64,000 nt of DNA from Octopus vulgaris (lineage: Eukaryota). Shown here in pieces: positions 42,342-55,421 of this stretch. Below the pieces are notes generated by a model. That model saw only the letters and a list, made by a program, of their open reading frames with translations, searched no databases and was not told the DNA's origin. The translations under genes were made by a program, and so were the position numbers. The DNA lies in the NCBI GenBank assembly GCA_951406725.2, contig OX597828.1, positions 12,710,001 through 12,774,000 of the forward strand, in the 5' to 3' direction. Every line of letters starts with the position of its first letter. Positions within the stretch are counted from its first letter, which is position 1.

Positions 42342-42829
42342 TATATATATATATATACATACATATATATTTACATATATCCATTAATCCATCCATCCAT
42401 TAATCCATACATAAATACATGCATACATACATACATATATACATACATACATACATACATACATACATACGTGCATACAGGCATGCATGGATACATACAG
42501 TCACATCAATCAATCCAGTACATACGTACACATACATATAATACAATACAATGCAATACATCCAACCACACACATAATACTCTCATTAGCAACAGTGTAA
42601 TTGGTGTATTAACCACGATTCTATTACTCGCATTAGAGCTCTGTTTTCAGCTTTCCACCAACTTCCTTTGTGTATTTTAACTTCCTCAATAAATATGAAA
42701 GAGGTTGGTTTGTTAAGATCTAGAATTATTGATTTTTGCCTCGATGCATTCGGCTCCAATGGTTTTTAAACAGAAAGTATCTCACATTCTCTCTTGTCCT
42801 CTCTTATATACACTCATTCTCTCTCTCTT

Positions 42830-42956
<127 letters not shown>

Positions 42957-43057
42957 AATATTTAAATACATCTTTCTTGCTCATCTAGCTTTGCATTCAC
43001 GTACGCCCACACACGTTATCACACACACTATTGCACATATATATTCATATATGCATG

Positions 43058-43102
<45 letters not shown>

Positions 43103-43334
43103 GTTAATGAAGACTATTTCAAATATAATTTATATAAGTTCATGCAAATATCCATATATATATATATATATATATACACACAAACACACACACAAACACA
43201 CACACACACACACACACAGAAACAGACGGGCAGCAGATAGACAGAGAGAAGGGTAGGATGAGAGTGGTGTGGTAATGAGAGAAAGACAGACAGTCTTGAA
43301 GACTAGCAGACATGCGTAGTAATACATATAAACA

Positions 43335-43335
43335 G

Positions 43336-43391
<56 letters not shown>

Positions 43392-43496
43392 GGATGGATG
43401 GATGGATGGATGGATGGATGGATGGATGGATAGGTAGATAGATGGATGGATGGATGGATAGGTAGATAGATAGATGGTTGGTAGGATGGACGGACG

Positions 43497-43527
<31 letters not shown>

Positions 43528-43555
43528 AGGCAGGCAGACAGACAGACAGACAGAC

Positions 43556-43624
<69 letters not shown>

Positions 43625-43632
43625 GATAGATA
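43335..43632. repeat. Compound (GATA)/(GGAT)/(GACA) microsatellite
   Basis: Directly visible. Confidence 0.95.
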
Positions 43633-44064
43633 TATTAAGCAATAAATTTCAGAATAATGAGCGCCCCCACTTCATGCAGTTTTCTCCAAGAGTGTGTAAT
43701 ATATATATTTTTCTATATACAAGGCCACGTTGCTCCATACGTCCTTAATTTAAATTCTTTGGTGTGATTTGAGAGAAATTTGGTTGTTGTATATAACGGA
43801 GGTTTTCGCTCTTTCCACGGACGTAAGTGTGGTTGTTACTATTTAGCCCAGGCTCCCTAATTGAATAAGGCCTTAATAAAAGACTTTACAGTCACCATCA
43901 TACCGTGTCTTGTTTGCATAGCAGAAACTACAACAGAGGTTCTCAACCAGGATCCATATAAGATTTTGTTGTAAGAAATTATGTGCAATAAACATTTTAT
44001 GCTTCTGCAATGCACAAACTATTTTTATAATTATTTTAATACAATTCCTAGTTATATTCAGCAA

Positions 44065-44465
44065 TCCTTTCTACTAAAAACACAAGGCCTGAAATTTTGG
44101 GGTAGGGGACTAATCAGTTACATCGACTCCAGTGTTTCACTGGTACCTAATTTATCGACCCTGAAAGGATGAAAGGCAAAGTCGACTCCGGCGGCATTTG
44201 AACTCAGAACGTAAAGGCAGGCGAAATACCTATTTCTTTACTACCCACAAGTGGCTAAACACAGAAGGGACAAACAAGGACAGACAAACGGATTAAGTCG
44301 ATTATATCGACCCCAGTGTGTAACTGGTACTTAATTTATCGACCCCGAAAGGATGAAAGGCAAAGTCGACCTCGGCGGAATTTGAACTCAGAAGGTAACG
44401 GCAGGCGAAATACCGCGAAGCATTTTCCCCGACATGCTAACGATTCTGCCAGCCCGCCGCCTTCT
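44065..44465 (-). mobile_element. Dimeric Meta-domain-like SINE
   Basis: Two tandem bodies plus head. Confidence 0.85.
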
Positions 44466-44519
44466 AATAATATTTAATTAAAAAAATACAATGGGATTTT
44501 TAAATCGTTGAAAAGGTAG

Positions 44520-44914
44520 CTTTTATCTTTGATCTTTTACTTGTTTCTAGATTGCGGCCATCCTGGGGCACCGCCTTGAATTTTTAGTCGAATAAATAGG
44601 CTCCAGTACTTAGTTTTAGCCTGGTACTTATTCTATCAATCTTTTTAGCCGAACCGCTATGTTACGTGTACGCAAACACACCAACCTGGGTTGTTGAAGC
44701 GGTGGTTGGACGACAAGCACAGACACAAATAGACACACACATATAGAGAGAGAGAGATATACATATATATATACGACAGGCTTCTTTCAGTTTCCGTCTA
44801 TAAGCTCCACTCACAAGGCTTTAGTTGGCTTGAGGCAACAGTAAAAGACACTTGTCCAAGTTGAACCCGGAACTATGTAGTTGGGAAGCAAGCTTCTTAT
44901 CACCCAGCCACGCC
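44520..44914 (-). mobile_element. Diverged CORE-type SINE
   Basis: Family motifs. Confidence 0.8.
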
Positions 44915-45537
44915 TGAGATTCCACCCGAGTAAAACAGGAGCCAAAAGAGTCGATAGCGTTTAAAACGGTTGAGAACCAGTCAGCTATATTCTGGTTCCT
45001 GAAATGTTTTTCTAAACACGATAGAACGTGATTTGAGTGGGGCTTTTTTTTTTTTTGGCTTGTTTTTTTTTGCCACCAATTCTAGCAGGACGAGCGACCG
45101 CGAAGACGTTCTTTTATTGAATACCAAGACCAGTTGACAACTGCTCGTCTTGAATCCAGCAAAAGACCGGCGTCCTATTCATTGGGAATATTGTGATTTC
45201 GGTCACTTATATGCCATGGAATTCGGCTGTACGGTCTTATGAGGTAAAAAGGACAGATAGAATATGTACCAGCCTTAAAATGCGATTCACTCAATTAAAA
45301 ATTCTTCAAGGCAATGCTCCAGCGTGGCCGCAGTCTAATGACTGAAACAAGCAAAATATAAAAGATAGGAATAGGATACTCAGAGGCTCCATTGTTTTAG
45401 AAACGAAGAACCATGCTGATTTCAATAAGAGATAAGGAATTAAAATAGCAAATGAGTGGATTTATTGCACTTGCTGTAGAATTAAAGGACTCGTTCAAGT
45501 CCCTTATGCAAATAAGGACACACACACACTTTCTTTG

Positions 45538-45572
<35 letters not shown>

Positions 45573-46204
45573 ATATATATATAATGCATAGCAATAGATG
45601 TATATACGAGGTGCTGCTTAAAAATTACTGGTTTTGAATAAAAGAAATTACAGGAGGATCAATTAATTATGATTTTATCCAACATATTCCCCTCTCAGAT
45701 TCACACACTTATTGCAACGGTCCTTCAGTGTTTTTTAAGCCCTGTAAAAGAACTAAGAAGGTTTGGCCTCCAACCAAGTCTTTCGCGAGACCCTTGAAGG
45801 GTGTTTTAATAAAGACACTTACGTATCCCATGTATATGTGTATGTGCGTACAGATACATACATATATATATATATACATATATGTGTGAGTCTGTGTGTG
45901 TGCGCGCGCGCGCGTGTGTGTGTGTGTGTGTGTGTGTATTTAAGCACGCATACGAACTTACAAACATATATACATATAAACACAAGACTCCCTCGCGTTC
46001 GGTACTCTGTATTTATTATGGTAGTTTTGACTTTAAGAGTCCCTCATAGCGTGAGGCATTAATGTGTAGAAATGCCCTTAATATAAATAGGTATATTTAA
46101 AGGGAATAATTATATGTTTTCCCTTATGAGGTTTTTCACGCTGACTACTTGATAAATTCTTATAAAGATTTTATCCTATTTTTGAATTTTAAATTTAACC
46201 GGAA

Positions 46205-46590
46205 TTTGCTAACCAACCACATGGTTCCGGGTTCAGTCCCACTGCGTGGCACCTTGGGCAAGTGTCTTCTACTATAGCCTCGGGCCGACTAAAGCCTTGT
46301 GAGTGGATTTGGTAAATGGAAACGGAAAGAAGCCCATCGTATATATGTATATATATATATTGTGTATATGTGTTTGTGTGTCTGTGTTTGTCCCCCTAGC
46401 ATTGCTTGACAACCGATGCTGGTGTGTTTATGTCCCCGTCACTTAGCGGTTCGGCAAAAGATACCGATAGAATAAGTACTGGGCTTACAAAGAATAAGTC
46501 CTGGGGTCGATTTGCTCGACTAAAGGCGGTGCTCCAGCATGGCCGCAGTCAAATGACTGAAACAAGTAAAAGAGTAAAAGAGTAAAGAGT
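46205..46590 (+). mobile_element. CORE-type SINE
   Basis: Family motifs. Confidence 0.9.
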
Positions 46591-46848
46591 GCTGAATTAT
46601 TCTGAATATACACGCGTACCGAGATGGTGAGAAATGTGAGGTGATGAGAAACGTGGTGAGAAACGTGGTGAGGAACGTGTTTCACAGACAGCACTGTTGG
46701 CGAACACTGGCAAACGCCACTATCTGAATTCGTACAAAGGCATAACTTTGGTAAGCCTAAAAACATTCAATTAATCGCTAGATCAGTGGTTGCCATGCGA
46801 CTTTTATAATTTCCTCGTTTCCAAGTACAATATACACATACGTCATTA

Positions 46849-47335
46849 CATGGAAAAACGCGAGCATGAAAAGTAATATTCTAAAGATTATAAACCTGGG
46901 AAAGTACAGGACTAGTTATTATACCTGTAAAAGTATACGACATGCTATTACTTCTAGTAAAGTAAAGAATAAGAAACCTTTTACTTAAAATACTGCAGCA
47001 AAGAATGGCAGTTCTAATTTATCACTCTTGACAGTTCTCGTCTTTTTAATTTATTGTACAAAACTGTTCAGCTAATTTGTAAGTTTGTCTAATTAGTCAC
47101 TTTTTTCTGTATTTAAGGTGGTAACTTGGTCAAATTCTACTTAAATAAGTATAGTGTTATTTGTAAGCTATAATAAAATAAGTTTTAGCATTCAAATTTT
47201 AATTTTAGCTGCAATATTTTAAGTAAAAAGTTATTTATTCTTTACTAGAAATAATAGCTTGTCCTATACTTTTACAGGTGTAATAACTTGTCCTGTACTT
47301 TTCCAGGTTTATAACCTTAAGAACATTTTTCCATG
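46849..47335. mobile_element. Foldback/MITE with long imperfect TIRs
   Basis: CATGGAAAAA...TTTTTCCATG flanked by TA; arms of ~140-155 bp (46849-47005 vs 47200-47335). Confidence 0.75.
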
Positions 47336-49012
47336 TAATCCAGGATTTTTTAAGGTATTGCTGTTATGAGATAATTAATAATGTGTCAAATGATAATTTA
47401 AAATTTTACCTTATAAAATACTGAAAGATAATATTTCAATTTTTCCATGTATGTGATTTTGATTTTGATTTTTCCAGTTTCAGCTTATGAGCTGTGGCCA
47501 TGCTGGGGCACCGCCAGTGATGATAATATTTCAATTTTTTTTCATGTTTAATTTAAATATATGTTGTGATTGAATTATTTGATATTATCCAACCACACCA
47601 AATTAATGGCAGGGATTTTTACCATGTTGTTGGTTGTACCATGCCTCACCAAAAGTTACAAACAAGACCCCAAAACCATCAGTTACTTAAGTAACCTAAT
47701 TTTGCAATATTAGGAGGTCACAGGAATTCATTCAACAAAAAAAAAATTTCTTATGATTCCGGGATGATGGGGAAACCCTACCTCATTTTCTTTCGAACCA
47801 AAATAAGGGATTTGCAGCATATTAGGAGGTCAGGGTACTTGATTCCACGCAAAAAATCAATTTTTTTCTTAGTGAAAGTCGTGCGGATTTTAATATAGAA
47901 ATGTTGTTGTTATTTAGCCTCAAATCAACCCTGATACTACAAACCTATCATCAAAGACATTCCAGCCTTCAGCAAACCGTCTTTTTAGGGATAATCTAGG
48001 ACATTATGTACAATGGGTGTATGATTTAGGTAGGGGATACTTTGGCTGCTATTTTTAGCGTGTCGAGCGACCATGAAACACGAATTTGTCCATTGTCACT
48101 CTGTAACTTCTGACGAAATAACTTCTAAAATACAAAATTTTGTCAAAAGCCCTGTTCTATGTGACAGATTCTACCAGTATCGGAAGTTTCAAAGTGCTTA
48201 GTTAAAAAAAAAGATAATTAAATAATCTGTACGTCTAATTGAATAGATCCAAACTAGAAAAATGGCCAAGTCGACCTCGGCGAAATTTGAACTCAAATCG
48301 TAAAGACAGGCGAAATACCGTTAAGTATTTCGCCCGGCGCACTAATGTTTCTGGCAGGTCGCCCCCTTAGGTTACAACAATTCATTTTAGAAACATATTC
48401 TTTATTCTTATTGCTTGGGGCATTACTTCTTACTTCTTCACTTACTGACACTTACTGTCCTCTTTAAAGCTATTAACTGTTTGCAATTTAGTTGAGAACT
48501 GATTAGTCGATTAGCTCGACTAAAGGCGGTTCTCCAGCATGGCAGCAGTCAAATAACTGCTAAGGTGGTGAGCAGGAAGAAATGTTAGCACGCCGGGCGA
48601 AATACTTCCCAGTATTTCTTCTGTCTTTACGTTCTGAGTCCAATTACCGCTGAGCTAGACTTCGCCTTTCATCCTTTCGGAGTCGATAAATTAAGTCACA
48701 GTTCCGTAGAGTGGGATGCTTAGCGGCATCCTTCTTAATGATGTGGTTCTGTTTTTTTTCCATTTTGGTCTTTATTATATGTACTGTTTGTTTTTCATTT
48801 TTTTTTCGGGTCTGCTATTTGGTTGTTATTTATATGATTACCTCTAATATCAATAAAGCTCTTTGGATATTGAGCCTTTTCTATCCTAATCTGTACATAC
48901 AGTCTTCTATCTCTATACTCTGTCCTAGCTACGGTCTATGCTCGTAAGAATAATACAATTAGTGGGAACACGCGTAGCGATGCAATAAAATATTTATAAA
49001 TTCCATCCATGG

Positions 49013-49045
<33 letters not shown>

Positions 49046-49085
49046 GTTGTTGTTGTTGTTGTTGTTGTTGTTCTTGTTCTTGTTC

Positions 49086-49116
<31 letters not shown>

Positions 49117-49173
49117 CATCATCATCATTATTATTGTTGTTGTTGTTGTTGTTGTTGTTGTTATTGTTATTAT

Positions 49174-49718
49174 TGAGTGAGAGAGCAGTGCATGCCACCA
49201 AAGTGACAATGGGGTAAAAATATACGAAGCCCAGTATACCCATCATGACTACCCGTCTGATAAGGGTACACCAGGCACATGCATCGCAACCATATTTGCG
49301 CGACATGGTGATCTCATATCAAGATAAACAGCACATGACCTTGCAGGTGGGGTCCAGTTAAAATTTTCTTCTGGTCGAGTAACCCATCCCGCTCAAAAGG
49401 TCCCTAAATAAGGGTTGTTTAAGGATGTTAAACGAAGCACCCATGCTATCCAAACCCCAAAGAATCCCTCTGAACACATGGCTATAATTCACCCCCACTA
49501 CTTCTGCTCGTGATCAGAGATGGGCATATCGTCAGCCACCAAGAGACATGCTCAACTGGTTAAGGTCAAACAACTAACAAGCAGATCTGTGGTATTGAGC
49601 AGAATATTTGCTGTAGCCCATCTTTTATACCAAGACAAAACAATGTACATGATAACACTTCCAATCAGTTAAGGTCAGAAGCCACGAGAGCCACTACCTG
49701 GTACTGCATCAGAACATC

Positions 49719-49720
<2 letters not shown>
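49174..49720. mobile_element. ~550-bp non-coding repeat inserted in (ATT)n
   Basis: Second copy at 58730-59484; both begin TGAGTGAGAGAGCAGTGCATGCC directly after ATT arrays; possibly the 3' UTR or a dependent element of a Dong-like LINE. Confidence 0.75.
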
Positions 49721-49764
<44 letters not shown>

Positions 49765-49920
49765 GGTTGGTGAGCTGGTAGAAGACTGCACTTGGAGACA
49801 ACATGATCAATGGTTTCATTTTGTTGTTGACATACATGACATGTTGGGCTACTGCCGTTCTTTAATATGTTGGCCTGGCAGTTCCTTGTAAGTAGGCATT
49901 GATCTTGATCTTATCATTAC

Positions 49921-50005
<85 letters not shown>

Positions 50006-50057
50006 TTAATTATTATTATTAGTATCATCATCATTATTATTATTATTATTATTATTA

Positions 50058-50115
<58 letters not shown>

Positions 50116-50271
50116 TGCTATATATATATCCTATATTATATCGGCTCAGTTCAGTACAACCCCATAAAACTGCTATTGAAAGTTGGTATCGTTAGGCTGT
50201 AGCCAACGTTATAAAACAGGAGCTTTTGTATGCGTACTCAAAAACATTTCCCCCCAAACGATCTTAAAGGA

Positions 50272-50334
<63 letters not shown>

Positions 50335-50495
50335 TAGTTGAATAAAGTTGTTCAACTGATATATTATTCTATATGCATTTACACAAATTCGGGAAAAAAA
50401 TATCTATATATATGCGTATGTGTATATATATGTGTGGGTGTGTAGGGGTGTATGTGTGTGTGTGTGCGTATGCACATGTATATGTGTACCTATTC

Positions 50496-50552
<57 letters not shown>

Positions 50553-50600
50553 TATATATATATATATATATATACATATATATATAGAGAGAGAGAGATG

Positions 50601-50800
50601 CAGCACGGAATTTTGTCAGTGAAGAGGTCGCGGTCTTACAGCGACGAAAATATTTTGACAAATTAAACTTAAATGTTGAAGTGAATCGAACGGCTTTTGT
50701 GTGTTTCTTAAATGGCTTACAAACACCTTCCACGCTGCAATTGTTTTCATTCCTGCACACGATCTCAGATCAAATCACTTGCTGTGCAAGTACATCTCCG
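50601..50800 (+). mobile_element. Second copy of the ~200-bp hammerhead mini-element
   Basis: Colinear with 9237-9434; fold at 50612-50662 has the same stems, a different loop II and core GUGAAGA. Confidence 0.7.
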
Positions 50801-50814
50801 TAATATATATACAG

Positions 50815-50874
<60 letters not shown>

Positions 50875-51479
50875 TACAAATATATATATATATATATGTG
50901 TGTGTGTGTTTATATATATGCATGTGTGTATGAATGTATACATACCTACATATATGCATGCATCCATACATAAATACATACATACATACATACATACATA
51001 TCTGTGGTTCCGAGTTCATCCCCACAGTAAGATACTTTCTACCATAGCTTCAAACTAACCGACGTATTGTGAGTTAATTTCGTAGAGAGAAACTGTGCTG
51101 AAGCCCGTAGAGCGTGAGAGGAAGAAAGAGCGGCGCAACTATGTATGCCTCTGTGCGTGAATTGGTGTTTTGTCTGTCATTACTTGAAAACCGGTCTTGG
51201 TTATTTACGTCTCACTAACTCAGCAATTCCCTGAGAAAAGAGACCAATCATGATGTATCGGCTTTTGCTTTTCCCTTGGATAACACTGTTGGCATGGAGA
51301 GGAGAGGCAGGTATGCATGGGCAACTGCTGGTCTTCTATAAACAACCTTGTCCGGACTTGTACCTGAGGGAGTAACTTTCTAGGTGCAATCTCACGGTTA
51401 GTTATGACCGAAGGGGGTCTCAGGATACTCGCATATATAAAGATTCGCATGCATTCTTAAATAAATACATTTATGTTTA

Positions 51480-51890
51480 CGAGATCTGATCAATGAGCAT
51501 CCGTGGTAACGAAGCTAAAGCACTCAGAGTGAAGCCACTTGACAAAGATTGACCTTGAACACTGCTGTGCATGCGCACTAAGCTTTCACGTTCTAACTCA
51601 CTTCCGCTGTTTACAGCAGTGCTTGGAAGGAAAATGTGTAGCGTGTGATCGTCGCATTGACCATGACAGAGAAGGTTGTGATGGCGATACCTGCTCAGAA
51701 GCCTACGCAAAGTTGCAGGAAGTGTATGAAGAGGTGTTATGAGCCGTACACAAGTGTATGAGTGGTTCAGACGTTTCCAAGATGGCCGAAAAAAAAAATG
51801 TCGATATTGACGAATGTTCTGGAAGACTCGCAAACAGCAGAGCCGAGAAAAATATCGCAGAAGTGCGTGCAGCTGTGAGGGGAAATCACA
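51480..51890 (+). mobile_element. Mariner 5' fragment
   Basis: TA-CGAGATCTGATCAAT terminus; MSRTQVYEWFRRFQDGR motif. Confidence 0.8.
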
Positions 51891-52193
51891 TCTCTCTAAC
51901 TCCGAAACGCGTATACAGTTAATCAGAGCCGGGTAGATTCGTTATTTTTTCTCTTTACCTGGGTGAGTTGTTGAGTATTGCTGTCTGAGAGATATGTTAT
52001 AATAGTAGAATAGTTGTTTTTAACTGCTATTTCTAAATTTCGGTATGTGGTGAAGCAAATTTTGCTGAATCCTAATTATAATTACACACATAATTATAGA
52101 ATTTTTGCATAAGTTTACCGATAATGGTGCTTTTAACATACCGAACTACTTGGTAAAATTATTAATTATTAATTAATTAATTTTACACTTTAT

Positions 52194-52282
<89 letters not shown>

Positions 52283-52359
52283 GGACAGACAGACAGACAG
52301 ACGGACGGACGGACGGACGGACAGACAGACAGACAGACAGATATATATATATGTATATA

Positions 52360-52572
52360 TCTCCTTTTTTTTCTCTCCTTCTTTCTGTGTTTCTTCTCTG
52401 TGTATCTTTCTGTTGAAGAGCGTAGGCTCGAAACGTTAAAGACTTGCTTTATTTATATTTCCTGAGCGCCATACTAATACAATTGTTTGTTTGTATTCCA
52501 CCTGCCTTCGTCTTTTGTTTATTTCCGTAAACCTGCCTTCGTCTTTCGTCTATTTTCATAAAGCTTCCCGTT
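52360..52572 (+). mobile_element. Penelope-like fragment in (TA)n with hammerhead-like fold
   Basis: 52405-52442: UCUUU-CUGUUGAA-GAGC(GUAG)GCUC-GAAACGUU-AAAGA. Confidence 0.6.
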
Positions 52573-52691
52573 ATATGTATATATATATGTATATGTATAT
52601 ATGTATATATATATGTATATATATGTATGTATATATATATATATGTATGTATATATATATGTGTATATATATATATGTGTATATATATATT

Positions 52692-52722
<31 letters not shown>

Positions 52723-53190
52723 GTGTATATATGATGGACTCCCCCGTCGAACACGACGTATGAGCGTTCAGTTTTTGCCGAACGACCTGCCCGAATGGTT
52801 TGTTTATAGAGATTAACCTAACCACCAGGTGCCTAACCACTAGGTCATGCCCCCTCAGGTATACATACATATATGTGTGTGTGTGTGTATGTGTGTGTGT
52901 GTGCGCGCGCGCGTGTGTGTAAGTAGGTAGGTATACGCGCATGTACATGCATATATGTGTGTATATATATATACATGTATGTATGTATGTATGTATGTAT
53001 GTAGATCTTTAGCTGGGCTAAAATGTCACATTCGATCACAGCACCAGTAACAGTTAAGCTTCGTGCAATGGCCATACTCGATAACGAGGGGGCAGCCATA
53101 ATAATGTATGTATGTGTGTCTGTATGCATATATGTAAATGCATGTACATACATGCTTGCATGTGTGCATATATATATGATAAAATGAGTG

Positions 53191-53257
<67 letters not shown>

Positions 53258-53664
53258 CAGAGAAAGAGAGAGAGGGAGAGGGATGGATGGATGGATGGAT
53301 GGATCTTTACTGTTATATAATCTTTTGCAAATGATTTTCACTTCTTTCACTTGTCATAGACCAGGCTGTAGCAACTGTCTCAACAGGTAAACGTTACATC
53401 TCTTTTTGCTATCGTTTCTGTATACAGCGATCTAATATTTTTGATGTTGTAATTCTCATTGAATATCGCATTTCTATCAATGGTTCAACGAATTCTGGGA
53501 GACTGCTCCGCTGCTTCGGCTGGGTTTTTAACAGATGGCTTGCCTGTCATCTTAGAAAGAAATATATCAACTTACCTTTTTGAAAGTCTCTTCCATGCTT
53601 CAGCAGAAGTGTGTCTTAGAGATAAGAATGTGTGTGTATGTGCGTACAAATATATATATACACG

Positions 53665-53746
<82 letters not shown>

Positions 53747-53993
53747 CAGACAGACAGACAGACTATCAAGCAGGCAGTCAGACAGACAGTAAGTATTTGT
53801 GTGTATGTGCTGAGAGGTTATTTAACCCTGAGTCAGCTCTCATCGACCAGGCCTAGTTAAGACAGTATATGTAAAGCTACATCAACTCAATGTACCCTTC
53901 CATTTTTACATTAGATTGCAGTGTATGGGAGTTTAACTGCTATCTCTAGTAGATCGTGTGAACACGAAGAAGCTCCTTTGTGTTGGTAATATA

Positions 53994-54559
53994 TTGGGTT
54001 ATCCGGAAAGTTCGTGCCGATTTATTGTAGCTTACATTTCGGCTTATTTAAGAACATGGTTGAGTCCATTAAATAGGATTTGACTACACCTCCATTTAGA
54101 GCACAGTTTAAGCTATCTCTTCGTGGAAGAAGGTTTATGTTCCTATAACCTGTGTTAATTCTGTAACTCTTTAAAATGGAAGATAAGAAAGTTCATTTTC
54201 GGCATTTGATGCTTTGGGAACCGGACAAAAATTACTGCAGCTCGGTTGGGATGTGTCACCCCACCCTCCATATTCACCAGATATTGCTCCTTCGGATTTC
54301 CACTTATTCAGGTCTCAGCAGAATAGTCTTAATGGTAAAAATTTCAATTCCTTTGATGACGAAAAAAGATACCTTGATGAATTATTTGCCATGAAACCAC
54401 CTGAATTCTGGGAAGAGATTATTTTCAAGTTAAAGGAAAGATGGAGACACATTGTGCAACAAAGTGATTCGTATTTGTTTGATTAAAAATGTAATGGCAA
54501 GTATTTATTGACCTTTTTCTTTCCTTTAATCATCGGCACGAACTTTCCGGACAACCTAA
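53994..54559 (+). mobile_element. Internally deleted mariner (mellifera-like), 566 bp
   Basis: TIRs, TA TSDs, HPPYSPDIAPSDFHLF; same deletion as 26467-27032. Confidence 0.93.
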
Positions 54560-54981
54560 TATATTTTGTTAGCGTATTGTCTGCTTTTAAATATCGTGTA
54601 TATAAATGTAGAAATATTGTAGGGTTATATGTAACAACCTTATAGGAACATATCAATATATTAGTTTTCTAATCAGACAGCTATTAAGATATATATTTGC
54701 TGTCTATATTCATCAGCATCAACATCATATCACCAATAGCATTTTTCTTTGTGCCAAATAAAATTATTATTGTTTCGTTTTTGTATATCTCAGACACTTA
54801 TATATCAAACGGTCCTGACATTTCAGTTAGGGAGCAGTCGACAGCAAATTAACAAGGGCTCATCACTGATCCCTTTCATGTGCTTTACATAGACAAGATT
54901 TTCGCTAAAATCCTTGCAGTACCAAGAAGGGCCGTCGTCTGCATGATCTGTTTCCTTGCATCAAGCCTGATTTTATTTACA

Positions 54982-55421
54982 GGCGCAGGAGTGGCTGTGT
55001 GATAAGTAGCTTGCTTACAAACCACGTGGTTCCGGGTTCAGTCCTACAGCATGGCACCTTGGGCAAGTGTCTTCTACTATAGCTTCGGGCCGACCAAAGC
55101 CTTGTGAATGGATTTGGTGGACGGAAATTAAAAAGAAGCCCGTCGTATATATGTATATATATATATATATGTATATGTATGAGTGTGTATATGTTTGTGT
55201 GTCTGTGTTTGTCCCCCCAACATCGCTTGACAACCGATGCTGGTGTGTCTACGTCCCCGTAACTTAGCGGTTCGGCAAAAGAGACCGATAGAATAAGTAC
55301 TAGGCTTACAAAGAATAAGTCCTGGGGTCGATTTGCTCGACTAAAAGTGGTGCTCCAGCATGGCCGCAGTCAAATGAACGAAACAAGTAAAATAATAAAA
55401 TAGTAAAAGAGTAAAAGAATA
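54982..55421 (+). mobile_element. CORE-type SINE
   Basis: Full-length family copy. Confidence 0.92.

Noticed and set aside
52104-52158. Hammerhead at TTTACC-GATAAT-GGTG..ATACC-GAAC..GGTAAA
   Set aside because: Stems are suggestive but both core strands are too degenerate to call.
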